Positions 18,806 to 27,792 of a stretch of 64,000 nucleotides of DNA are shown piece after piece. The DNA is taken from assembly GCA_030917815.1 (NCBI GenBank), contig JAUPTZ010000010.1, positions 11,944-75,943 on the forward strand, in the 5' to 3' direction. Position numbers and translations under genes: made by a program. Under the pieces are notes generated by a model that was given only the letters and a program-made list of their open reading frames with translations, had not been told where the DNA came from and ran no database searches. The DNA comes from Candidatus Babelota bacterium. Lineage in GTDB: Bacteria > Babelota > Babeliae > Babelales > JAUPTZ01. Within the stretch, counting starts at the first letter, position 1. Each line of letters begins with the position of its first letter.

Positions 18806-19657
18806 TCAAGACAAGCGCACCACCACCGCTGTGCTTTGAATCTGTTTCTCAGATTCGGCCGCATGAACTGCAATTTTTTCCCGCTGCAAAGCAAGCTCGA
18901 TCGAATGATAACGCTCCGTAATAGTCTGCACATGAGCCTCTTTCTTCTCAAGCAAATGAATCAAGATCGGCTCGCCATGAGCACCAAGTGCCGAAGCATA
19001 CCCATCAACCGCCATCGTACGCACCATACTAATATGTGGTGCTATCTTGGTATCAGGAAGCCAATCAAACGAATCCCATTCAAGGGTATTGACCAACAGC
19101 GTACCGGCCTCCCACTCAACAAATTGTTCAGGAGTTAGGCTCACTAATTCAAGGCGATACTCGGCCGGGTCAATAACTGGATGGGTGTCGTAATAAGAAC
19201 GCACCTCGAACTCTGCAACGCTGCAGCGGTTACGAAACTCATAACTTTTAAATGATTCGATCATGAAGTATTGAGTAAGCTGAGCACGATAGGTATCAAA
19301 ATCGATACCTATCTGCCCCTTAAGTAACATATCTGCTTGATCATCGGGAAGTCCGGCAAGGCCGTTGTCTTCCTTGTAACGAATAACGCTCCGCGTCACG
19401 TCTTCATCAACCACAATACTCTTTTTTTCGGCTCGTTCTTGCCACAAAAGGTGCGCAGCGTACTGTTCGAACGTAAACGGTTTTCCGTTGTTAGCAATTT
19501 GTGGAACTTCCAATTGTTTCCTCGTCACGATGGTGCCGTTAACAACCCCTTCGATCTGATCAACTAAAATACGTTCCCCTATTTGGTCGCCATACAACGA
19601 ACCACTCAGTGAAGCAATAGCGCCAATAATAGTAAGAACCTTATGCATGTGTGGCAT
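18806..19657 (-). CDS. SurA-like periplasmic chaperone (degenerate PPIase domain)
   Basis: Signal peptide; LVDQIEGVVNGTIVT resembles the SurA N-terminus; VAEFEVRSYYDTHP. Confidence 0.65.
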   Translation of the reverse strand: MPHMHKVLTIIGAIASLSGSLYGDQIGERILVDQIEGVVNGTIVTRKQLEVPQIANNGKPFTFEQYAAHLLWQERAEKKSIVVDEDVTRSVIRYKEDNGLAGLPDDQADMLLKGQIGIDFDTYRAQLTQYFMIESFKSYEFRNRCSVAEFEVRSYYDTHPVIDPAEYRLELVSLTPEQFVEWEAGTLLVNTLEWDSFDWLPDTKIAPHISMVRTMAVDGYASALGAHGEPILIHLLEKKEAHVQTITERYHSIELALQREKIAVHAAESEKQIQSTAVVVRLS

Positions 19658-19678
19658 TACGAACCCTCTCAGTGATAC

Positions 19679-20737
19679 TTAGCCTTGCGCCTCGTCATCT
19701 TGAGCCGCTGTTTCAAGTTCTTCAAGGAATTCAGGACTCAATTCTCCTTGTGCTGCCAACATTTGTTGTAGTGCGGCAAATGGATCTTGTCCTGAACCAA
19801 GAATTGAGTTATCAACATCAACCGTGTGCTTACCGCGAATCTCGTTTATACGAGCATCACGCACAGCTCTAAACTTTTCTTGCTTTACCATGGCACCTAA
19901 TTGCTCTTGTACTTCTCCAAATGAAAAGTAAGTCGGCTTAGTGCGGTCAATAACTTGAACAACCCAGAAGATATCGCCATCTTTTGCTTGCGCATAGTAT
20001 TCTTTATCACCAAGTGCAGCCAAAGCTCGCTTCACCACCATCGGAGCACTATCGGTTCCTTGCTTGCGTGGGTCAAGAGAGATCGTTCCAAAATCAACAA
20101 CAGAGACGTCAGACTCTTTTGCTAAGTTCGCAAAAGTATCTTCTTCTTTTTTGGCAACAAGATCATAGAAGACTTTTGCTTTTTCTTCACTCTTAAACGA
20201 AACACCAACCGCTTTAACCGATCCCGGTTCCTTAATCATTTGATCACGATCAGCGTCGAATTTGGCGATTACCTCATCCTCAGAAACCGAAACGGTATCG
20301 AAGATCTCTTTATCAAATGACTGAGCAACGAGTGCTTGCTTCAATTGATCGATAATCTTTGCATACGACTCTTTATATTGCGCGGTATTTTCAATACCCT
20401 GTGCTTGCCCCCAACATGCAATCAGTTTTTGTTGCACCACTGCATCAAGCAACTGTTGACGAATTGGTTCTGGTGCCGATTCGAAAGAGGTAATACCAAA
20501 AGAAGCAAGATATGGATTTGCTTTCATTGCTTGCTCTGCAAACTCAAGAAACTCTTCTTTGCGCAGTACCGGTTTACCATCAATTTTTACCAAGATTGGA
20601 TCGTTTGGATTTTCCGGCTTTTGCGCCTGAGTCGACGCGCCGTTAGAATTAAAATAATCTTGAAGACTACTAAACTTACAACCAGAAAAACAAAACGCAG
20701 CTCCCGCACACGCAACCAAGAGTAAAAGTTTTTTCAT
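19679..20737 (-). CDS. PrsA/PpiC-type foldase lipoprotein
   Basis: Lipobox-like FSGC; LVKIDGKPV, VSVSEDEVIAKFD, FANLAKE, FSFGEVQEQL. Confidence 0.75.
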   Translation of the reverse strand: MKKLLLLVACAGAAFCFSGCKFSSLQDYFNSNGASTQAQKPENPNDPILVKIDGKPVLRKEEFLEFAEQAMKANPYLASFGITSFESAPEPIRQQLLDAVVQQKLIACWGQAQGIENTAQYKESYAKIIDQLKQALVAQSFDKEIFDTVSVSEDEVIAKFDADRDQMIKEPGSVKAVGVSFKSEEKAKVFYDLVAKKEEDTFANLAKESDVSVVDFGTISLDPRKQGTDSAPMVVKRALAALGDKEYYAQAKDGDIFWVVQVIDRTKPTYFSFGEVQEQLGAMVKQEKFRAVRDARINEIRGKHTVDVDNSILGSGQDPFAALQQMLAAQGELSPEFLEELETAAQDDEAQG

Positions 20738-20928
20738 ACACATAACCTTACGATTAAAAATCCAGTACTAGACCTTAAGGCCGGGGATACTAGCATAGTC
20801 TTTCTCGCATGTCACTTCTTCCTCGCTTACATTGTCACAACAGCAAAATCATTTCATTCTCCCACTCCACCAAGGTATAATCTCATACCTACCAGCAAGA
20901 CAAAGCGCCTCACGAAAGATACGTTTAT

Positions 20929-22485
20929 ATGAAAAGATTTATCGCACAACTCCTAACCACGTTTTTACTCATCAGCACCGCAAGCAACGCGCGGCTTGAC
21001 ATGTCTACCATTGGGCTTGGCGCAGCAACTGGCGGGCTTTTTTTAGGCACTCTATACAGTGGATACCGCACCGCTGCAACGGCCGAGAGAAGAGCGGCAT
21101 TCAAACGATTGATCGCGCTTCACCGCGATGCATCACAAAATCGACTACAAGACCCAGAGACATACAATGCATTCATGCGATCAGGCAAAACAGCAGGACT
21201 TGCTCTTTTGACGCTCATCTTTGCGCAGCTCATGAGAAAAAATACAACCACCGCCCCGCTCCCTGCTTCTGCACCAGCACCCATTCTTAAAATCACCATT
21301 ACTCAATCAGCCGTCATTCCTAAACCAACTCCTGAACCACTAAAATCACCAGTGGCAGTTATAGCAACAAAGCAACTAGCCCCACCGATAGTAACCGGCA
21401 TTATTCCCCCAGTACCGGTTGCATTGGAACCAATAATTCCGGCGAAACCAACCACCACCGATACCGATCCCAAAACACCGCCACGCCAGCTTGCTCCATC
21501 GCCGGAAGAGTTGGGAGAGCACGTCACCCCCGCCATAGATTCGACATCACCACCGCTCAGACCAATGACGCCATTAAAAGAACCAGATATCACGGAAGAT
21601 ATCGCTTTCACCCCCCTTGCACCAATCGATGCACCAATACTTTCCCCGCAGAAAACAGATCGGTCACGCGCCTCGTTTCAAGTAACACCTCGTACGCCAC
21701 TTGATGCTTTCAAAGAACTCATGAAATCGCCGGCCATGACTAACATGAGCTTTTCGTCACACAAATCAAACACTCGCGCCTTATTTGATAACCAGACTAC
21801 GCCAGTGCCATCACCTGATGCCGAGCTACTCACGCCATCACCACCAAGCAGCCTCCGGGCTCCACAGACACCACCGAAATCACCACTCCCTCACCCAATC
21901 TTTGCGGCAAGCGATGAAGCAAGCGATGCGGTGCCAGCTCAAGACGATGCGCCAAAAACACCTGAAAGTCCGGCCGCAACCGGCTCAACCTCTTCAGATG
22001 GGAACATTGCATTCAATTTTTATAGAGCAGGCAAGCTACTCAATAATGAATCGGGAAAATACAATGAAATTATGCTCCGCATTCTAGCCCCGGCCCAAGA
22101 AAGACTTGCGCGAGAAATCCCCTCAACCGTGGGGACAATCAGCCTAGAAATTCCGGCAGACCTCAAGGCAGAAGGTTATGCACTTGATGTTGTAGTCTCA
22201 CAATCAGAAACTCAATCAAAAATAGAAGAAAGTGAAGAGCCTATCCCCATCTCCATGAATACACCACAAGAGAGGTTTAGCTCAGCCAGTGGAAGCTTCT
22301 TTATTCTCGTCACAGATGCACGAGGGACAGGTCTTGATAAAAAAAGCGGCATGTATAGAACTATCATGAGGGCTGTTGACCCAGATCTCAAAAAAATGAA
22401 CCTCCTGACACTCAAGCCAGGTCATCGCTACGCACTTCCAGTAGAGTGTGCAGGCTGTCTCTGCTACATAGGTCGCTTCTCATAG
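20929..22485 (+). CDS. Hypothetical exported Pro/Thr-rich protein with N-proximal twin hydrophobic helices
   Basis: Signal peptide MKRFIAQLLTTFLLISTASNA; two hydrophobic segments; long P/T/S-rich region; small globular C-terminus. Confidence 0.8.
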   Translation: MKRFIAQLLTTFLLISTASNARLDMSTIGLGAATGGLFLGTLYSGYRTAATAERRAAFKRLIALHRDASQNRLQDPETYNAFMRSGKTAGLALLTLIFAQLMRKNTTTAPLPASAPAPILKITITQSAVIPKPTPEPLKSPVAVIATKQLAPPIVTGIIPPVPVALEPIIPAKPTTTDTDPKTPPRQLAPSPEELGEHVTPAIDSTSPPLRPMTPLKEPDITEDIAFTPLAPIDAPILSPQKTDRSRASFQVTPRTPLDAFKELMKSPAMTNMSFSSHKSNTRALFDNQTTPVPSPDAELLTPSPPSSLRAPQTPPKSPLPHPIFAASDEASDAVPAQDDAPKTPESPAATGSTSSDGNIAFNFYRAGKLLNNESGKYNEIMLRILAPAQERLAREIPSTVGTISLEIPADLKAEGYALDVVVSQSETQSKIEESEEPIPISMNTPQERFSSASGSFFILVTDARGTGLDKKSGMYRTIMRAVDPDLKKMNLLTLKPGHRYALPVECAGCLCYIGRFS

Positions 22486-22669
22486 ACGATCGCCACGCCA
22501 GCCCCAACGACTCTTTCTATTGATCACAGAAGCCAATGCCAAAATAAACCCAAATATGGCCTCTCCGTAACGAAAAAACGATTTTATTTCTTTTTTATCT
22601 GAATTCGATAGTCTATCGGCATGATCAGAAATATGGTCATTACTACATACTAATTGTTAAGAAGGAATA

Positions 22670-23365
22670 ATGAGCATGTTAAGCAAGAAATTATTATTAC
22701 TGACCATTGCCGTTTCCACCCTGTCACTGGGAAGTGCATTTTCAATGGACAGTGGCCCCGTTCCAACAGCCTCGCTACCGGGAACCGTCACTGACGAAAA
22801 TGCAGATAAACCAGCAGATAAACCAGCAGATAAACCAGTAGATAAACCAGTAGATAAACCAGTAGATAAACCAGTAGCCGCAATAGCTGAACCAGGTAAA
22901 GAAATACCGACTGCAGGCACCGATGGTGCAATAGCCACCCCTAACGCAGTAGTCGATTCTAAAGCTGACAATAAAACTACTGATAAGGTTACTGATAAAG
23001 CTGCTCCTGCCACCGAAGATAACCGTTGGAGCCATGGAACTAAAGCAATTATCTACAGCAGCGTAGGCCTTGGCGGATTAGGCGCCTTTCTTGGACGTCT
23101 TGTATTCACTAAAGATAGTAACGGCAACCCTCGCATCAATAAGCTAGCCCTCAAAGGACTCATGGATCGCCTTAAAAACGACCACGACGCTGCAGCGGTG
23201 CTTAGTGAAACAGTAATATACGCCCTCTTGATGTTTATTGGTGCCATTGGCGCAACCTATGAAGGGTGCCACATAGGCGACACAAAAGAGAACAGCAAGG
23301 GAGAAAAAACTAAAGGGACCGACGCAACCCCAGCGCCAACTCCTACAATTAAAGCAGCGGCATAA
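22670..23365 (+). CDS. Hypothetical exported protein with DKP(A/V) repeats and twin TM helices
   Basis: AAGGA RBS, signal peptide, tetrapeptide repeat, two hydrophobic helices. Confidence 0.8.
   Translation: MSMLSKKLLLLTIAVSTLSLGSAFSMDSGPVPTASLPGTVTDENADKPADKPADKPVDKPVDKPVDKPVAAIAEPGKEIPTAGTDGAIATPNAVVDSKADNKTTDKVTDKAAPATEDNRWSHGTKAIIYSSVGLGGLGAFLGRLVFTKDSNGNPRINKLALKGLMDRLKNDHDAAAVLSETVIYALLMFIGAIGATYEGCHIGDTKENSKGEKTKGTDATPAPTPTIKAAA
22802..22873. repeat. Coding 12-bp tandem repeat x6
   Basis: GCAGATAAACCA x3 then GTAGATAAACCA x3. Confidence 0.95.
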
Positions 23366-23389
23366 CTATTCTACATGCTACCCATTATC

Positions 23390-23422
23390 GGAAAGAGGCC
23401 TGCGCTATGCAGGCCTCTTTCC
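23390..23422 (+). terminator. Probable intrinsic terminator
   Basis: GGAAAGAGGCCTGC-GCTAT-GCAGGCCTCTTTCC, perfect 14-bp stem ~25 bp after a stop codon. Confidence 0.7.
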
Positions 23423-23503
23423 ACATCCCTAGGCAGGCACAAAACAACCCGATATACTTTGCATGCGTTTTTAGCGCACATCATTCTATAGAGGAATACT
23501 ACT

Positions 23504-24862
23504 ATGAGCTCACAACAAAAGATCTCACTAACCAGTGCTATACTAATGAACATCAACCTTATGGTTGGCGCATCGGCTTTCATTGCTCCAGGAGCGATGG
23601 CCAGCTATGCCGGATCGGCCAGTTTCTATGGTTGGCTGTTCGCCGGAGCACTGTTTTTCCCCGTGGTATGGTGTATTGCTCAAATTACCAAGCATTTTCC
23701 TGGGCAAGGCAGCTTCTACGCATACAGCAGCAACACCATCTCTCGGACCGCTGGATTTGTCAGTGGCTGGATCTATTTTCTTGGGTACGTCAGTATCGGT
23801 TCGTTGCAATTGCTCAGTTTAACCACCATTGTTAACGCCACATTTGGGATTCCATTTATGGTAACATTCCCGGCACTCTGTGGAACAACACTCGTAATTC
23901 TGCTCGGTGCTTTAAGCGTTCGGTCACTTAAGCTCGTTGAGCGGATTCAAAGCGTGGCGACCCTCTACAAGCTCACCCCTCTCTTTTTGGGTATCGCAAG
24001 TTTGTTATACTACTTTTCACCATCGGCGACACCATCGATTCTCAGCACATCACCTCTGGTCCTCATCCCAACCATTCCTATGGCTATTTTTGGGTTTTGG
24101 GGATTTGAGGGAGTGTGCAGCATCAGCCACTTGATTGAAGACAGTAAACGTAACGCAAGCAAAGCAATCTTTCTTGGCTTTATTTTTACGGTACTCATTT
24201 ACACCCTCTTCCATCTGAGCCTTTTAGCAATCATGGGACCCGAGGCCCTTCAAGCACACGGTGCTATTGGCTTTGTGAATTACTTAAACATCGGCTCGCC
24301 AGCGATTCTACGTCTGCTTAATATTATGGTTATGAGCGCCATCATTGTCGCCCACATAAACGCCATTTTTGGCGGCATTGTGGCAAACAGTGCAATGCTC
24401 TGCGCCATGGCCGAAGAAAAACTCTTATTCATGTCATCGTTTTTTGCAAATCGCCTCCCAAGCACCGGCCGACCACTCGGCGCTATCATCGCCCACTGTG
24501 CCGGAATCATCTTTTGCATCACCGTAGTCGCAAGTGCCAATGTTTTAAACGCCATGGCAAACCTCGGTGTATTAATCGCTTTCTTTCTTACTATCGTCGC
24601 ACTTTATCGCAAAACACGCACACAATGGCAAAGCGTAGTCGCCTGCCTGCTCGGTCTAGCCTCCTGCGCTATTCTTTGCTATTACAGCTGGCAAGGCATA
24701 GGCGCAACACACGGTGCTCGGCTATGGGCTATTATGCCAATGCTCGTCGCGATCGTTGCCGGATATGTCATGTACCGCGCCACGGCATCAACAAAAAAAG
24801 GCCAAGAAAAGCCGCTCTCAGCTAAGAGAACTACAGATGCAATAACCAAAAAAATGCGCTAG
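23504..24862 (+). CDS. APC-family amino acid permease
   Basis: ~12 hydrophobic helices; NLMVGASAFIAP, PGQGSFYAY, IFGFWGFE, DSKRNASKAI. Confidence 0.9.
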   Translation: MSSQQKISLTSAILMNINLMVGASAFIAPGAMASYAGSASFYGWLFAGALFFPVVWCIAQITKHFPGQGSFYAYSSNTISRTAGFVSGWIYFLGYVSIGSLQLLSLTTIVNATFGIPFMVTFPALCGTTLVILLGALSVRSLKLVERIQSVATLYKLTPLFLGIASLLYYFSPSATPSILSTSPLVLIPTIPMAIFGFWGFEGVCSISHLIEDSKRNASKAIFLGFIFTVLIYTLFHLSLLAIMGPEALQAHGAIGFVNYLNIGSPAILRLLNIMVMSAIIVAHINAIFGGIVANSAMLCAMAEEKLLFMSSFFANRLPSTGRPLGAIIAHCAGIIFCITVVASANVLNAMANLGVLIAFFLTIVALYRKTRTQWQSVVACLLGLASCAILCYYSWQGIGATHGARLWAIMPMLVAIVAGYVMYRATASTKKGQEKPLSAKRTTDAITKKMR

Positions 24863-24878
24863 ACTGCCTAGAAATAAG

Positions 24879-24922
24879 AATATTAGATAAAGCCCGGTGT
24901 CTACCGGGCTTTATCTAATATT
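24879..24922 (+). terminator. Perfect 20-bp inverted repeat, probable terminator
   Basis: AATATTAGATAAAGCCCGGT-GTCT-ACCGGGCTTTATCTAATATT, 16 bp after the permease stop. Confidence 0.75.
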
Positions 24923-25006
24923 ACCGGCTATTGCTATACAGCTCTTGACCAAATTGGCTACTATAGCTCTATAGACAAACTTTAAAACTGATGGGGACGC
25001 GCATCT

Positions 25007-27634
25007 ATGAAAAAGCAGATTTTACTACTCGTTTTGGGACTTACGATGGGGCTATCGCTCCACGCATCACCACCAACCGAAACTGCTGATGCGAGCACTG
25101 CTGATACGGGCTATGTTACCACTATTAAAAATCACCTCAAAGCTCATGACGGTGCCTACGCGGCCGGTGCATTTGGTGCCGGGCTCACGAGCTTTGCCGA
25201 AATGTATCGCACACGCCCAGACGGAAAAAACTACTTTGCCAACTATCAAAAAGACGAGAATGGTGAAAGCTTCTTTGCTCGCCTTAAAAAGAAAGATAAG
25301 AAAGCATGGCAGGCACTGCTGCGGGGCATAGTAACTACCGGACTCATTGCCGGTGGTGGATATTATGGCATTAAGCACTTGAGATCTAAAGAGGCTAAAA
25401 AGAAGACGGCGAAGAAAAAAGAAGATGAGGACGTCGGACAAGACGCTCGCGCAGCCATTCCAGTATCGGTAAAAATAGAGAATCTAACCACCGCATACAA
25501 CAAGCTTCCTGCCACCCTCTCTTTAACAAAAGAACAAATTGCTGAATGGGTAAAAGCCCAAGAGATCAAACAAAAACTGCAGGAACAATTACGCAAGACC
25601 CGCATCGCCCTTGCCGGAGAAATTCAAGCCGATGCCCAAGATGACGTTACCATTCGCGCCGTCGGCATCGAAAAGAAAATCGAAGCACTAGAGGGGTATT
25701 TAGCCAAGGCAACCCTCACCGTAGCCCAGAAAGAGGAGCTGATTGCGTTGCTCGAAAGAATAAAAACCGCAAGCGAAGCTCTTAAAGCGGCAAAGGGACA
25801 GGAGATACCACTTGAAGGCCCGCTTAAAGCAAAGCAGCTCGGTGAACTCACCGACGATGAAGCAGCACAACAGCAGGCTCTTGCGCAAAAGCATATGCGC
25901 GCAATGCTCACAAGCACACTGCAAGAAAAATATAATCTTTTGTCAGAACTCATTAACGGCAATGAAGGTTTTATAAAAAAACTAGAAAGCTTCGATAGAA
26001 CTTTCGCAAGAACGCATCAGGAAGGAGTAACTACCGAAACACAGCGAGCCGATATAGAAAAGCTCGCTAAACAGCTCAAAGAAGAAGAAAGATCATTAAT
26101 AGCAGCCGCCAAAAAATTAGCGGAAACCCGGGCGGCTACGGCGCTCGCCCCTTTCATCGAGGAAATCACTCGCATCGATACAGTGCTAGAAGTCCACGAT
26201 ATGGCCCATGCAGCTTCTGCCCTAAGCAGAGAGCAGGCGACGGCATTAAGAAAACTCAGACAAGATACCTTGGACCGATTACTCGACGCCTTAAACGCAC
26301 ATCCCGATACAAAGCCACTTGCCAAAACATTCCAAGAAAGGTTTAGCAAGGCACCTGAAACTGCTCGCTATGATTACGCGCGACAAGCAAGACATATCAT
26401 GCAAAATATTCGGCAAGCAGAAGTGATAAAAGAAAAACAAAGGGCCAAGTTAGAAAAATTGCGACTTGAACTCGATAGAAAACCGTACGCATACCTAGTG
26501 GACGAAATAAGCAGAGAACGAGCAGAAATACTCGGTAGGAGCCCAAAAGACTGGGAAAGAGTGCACAGAGTAGAAGCGGCCGAAAGAGACAATTTACGGC
26601 CAGCAAAAGAAAAGGCCAAAAAATTAAGTGATTTGCGTCAACTTTACAGAAAAAGTGAATATCAGCAAGGCCTTACCCTTGAACAGCGCCAAGCAGCCGC
26701 TGCCGCTAACCAAAGAAAGCTACCGGCTGAGCTTGCAGCTGCGCGTGATGCAAATGATCAACCCCTGATCGCCGAAGAGATTGCCTATATCTTAAAATCA
26801 AATGAAGAGTACGATAGAGAATTGTCCTCCAGCGGTGGCTCAACCATGTCTGATGAAGAACGGGATCTCAGAGAAACCATTAACAATATCTTTGAAACCA
26901 TGGAGCAAGCCGATACTATGATTGCTCGTACTTCAGATAGAGATAGAGCAGTGGATATGTTGTTCAAACAACGTGGCGCAGTAACCGATGGCCACAATTT
27001 CCTTGAGTCTCTTGCACTCGAAGATGCCAAATTCTTATTGGGGAACCGCTCAGCAGAAGAATACGCCGACGAATACATACAAAACCTAAAAATACTCTTC
27101 CCTGCCGATTGGGCCACCGGTTCCGAATTGCTCACCGTTCTTCCACCCTCAAAGAATCCAAAGAAAGCTAAAGCTTTGCAAAAGCTAAAACTTCTGCAGA
27201 AAGTTTTGCAAGATACCGTTCCTTCGCCCGAAGAAAGACAAGCGTTACTCCATCGTGCGTATTACGCACGACACCTCGGTGCAACGCCATCAGCTGAATT
27301 AGATCCTAAGGGTAGTTACGAGGCGTGGGTTCGAGAACTGCCTGCTGGTTATGCACCGACAACTGAGCTCAGCAATCGAGACGAAATCTATCAAAAGAAA
27401 AAAGCAGAAAAGGAAGCTCGCATAGCAGCAAAAGCGGCTGGAACCCCAATCGCACCACCGGCGGTCGCTCCACGGATAATACCGGTAATAACCATTGACC
27501 CAACCGCAACACGAGAAGAAATCGAGAGAATTTGGCGTGAGAACATGAACACCGTAGAAGGTCGCCAAGCGCTACTAAACGCTATGCTTACTCTACATAC
27601 CACTAGAGGAGCGACACCAGTTGACCCCGCCTAA
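25007..27634 (+). CDS. Hypothetical exported coiled-coil protein with N-proximal hydrophobic hairpin
   Basis: Signal peptide MKKQILLLVLGLTMGLSLHA; two Gly/Ala-rich hydrophobic helices; long E/K/A/L-rich helical region. Confidence 0.85.
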   Translation: MKKQILLLVLGLTMGLSLHASPPTETADASTADTGYVTTIKNHLKAHDGAYAAGAFGAGLTSFAEMYRTRPDGKNYFANYQKDENGESFFARLKKKDKKAWQALLRGIVTTGLIAGGGYYGIKHLRSKEAKKKTAKKKEDEDVGQDARAAIPVSVKIENLTTAYNKLPATLSLTKEQIAEWVKAQEIKQKLQEQLRKTRIALAGEIQADAQDDVTIRAVGIEKKIEALEGYLAKATLTVAQKEELIALLERIKTASEALKAAKGQEIPLEGPLKAKQLGELTDDEAAQQQALAQKHMRAMLTSTLQEKYNLLSELINGNEGFIKKLESFDRTFARTHQEGVTTETQRADIEKLAKQLKEEERSLIAAAKKLAETRAATALAPFIEEITRIDTVLEVHDMAHAASALSREQATALRKLRQDTLDRLLDALNAHPDTKPLAKTFQERFSKAPETARYDYARQARHIMQNIRQAEVIKEKQRAKLEKLRLELDRKPYAYLVDEISRERAEILGRSPKDWERVHRVEAAERDNLRPAKEKAKKLSDLRQLYRKSEYQQGLTLEQRQAAAAANQRKLPAELAAARDANDQPLIAEEIAYILKSNEEYDRELSSSGGSTMSDEERDLRETINNIFETMEQADTMIARTSDRDRAVDMLFKQRGAVTDGHNFLESLALEDAKFLLGNRSAEEYADEYIQNLKILFPADWATGSELLTVLPPSKNPKKAKALQKLKLLQKVLQDTVPSPEERQALLHRAYYARHLGATPSAELDPKGSYEAWVRELPAGYAPTTELSNRDEIYQKKKAEKEARIAAKAAGTPIAPPAVAPRIIPVITIDPTATREEIERIWRENMNTVEGRQALLNAMLTLHTTRGATPVDPA

Positions 27635-27645
27635 TAGCCTAACAA

Positions 27646-27792
27646 ACTATGGCGCGGTTTTTGTGGTGGCAGTCGCGACGAAGCTCAAGGAGCGAAGTCG
27701 GACCCGCCGCCGTCTTTCCAGACTTCTTTCCAGACTATGGCGCGGTTTTTGTGGTGGCAGTCGCGACGTAGCTCGCAGAGCGAAGTCGGACC
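27646..27792. repeat. Two 59-bp direct repeats, each containing a REP-like interrupted palindrome
   Basis: 27646-27704 and 27734-27792, 4 mismatches; core CGAC-GWA-GCTC-NNN-GAGC-GAA-GTCG. The spacer holds TCTTTCCAGACT x2 (27713-27736). Confidence 0.9.

Noticed and set aside
24879-24922. 20-bp perfect inverted repeat as MITE or transposon end
   Set aside because: Four-base loop, position right after a stop codon and no second copy noticed; a terminator explains it.
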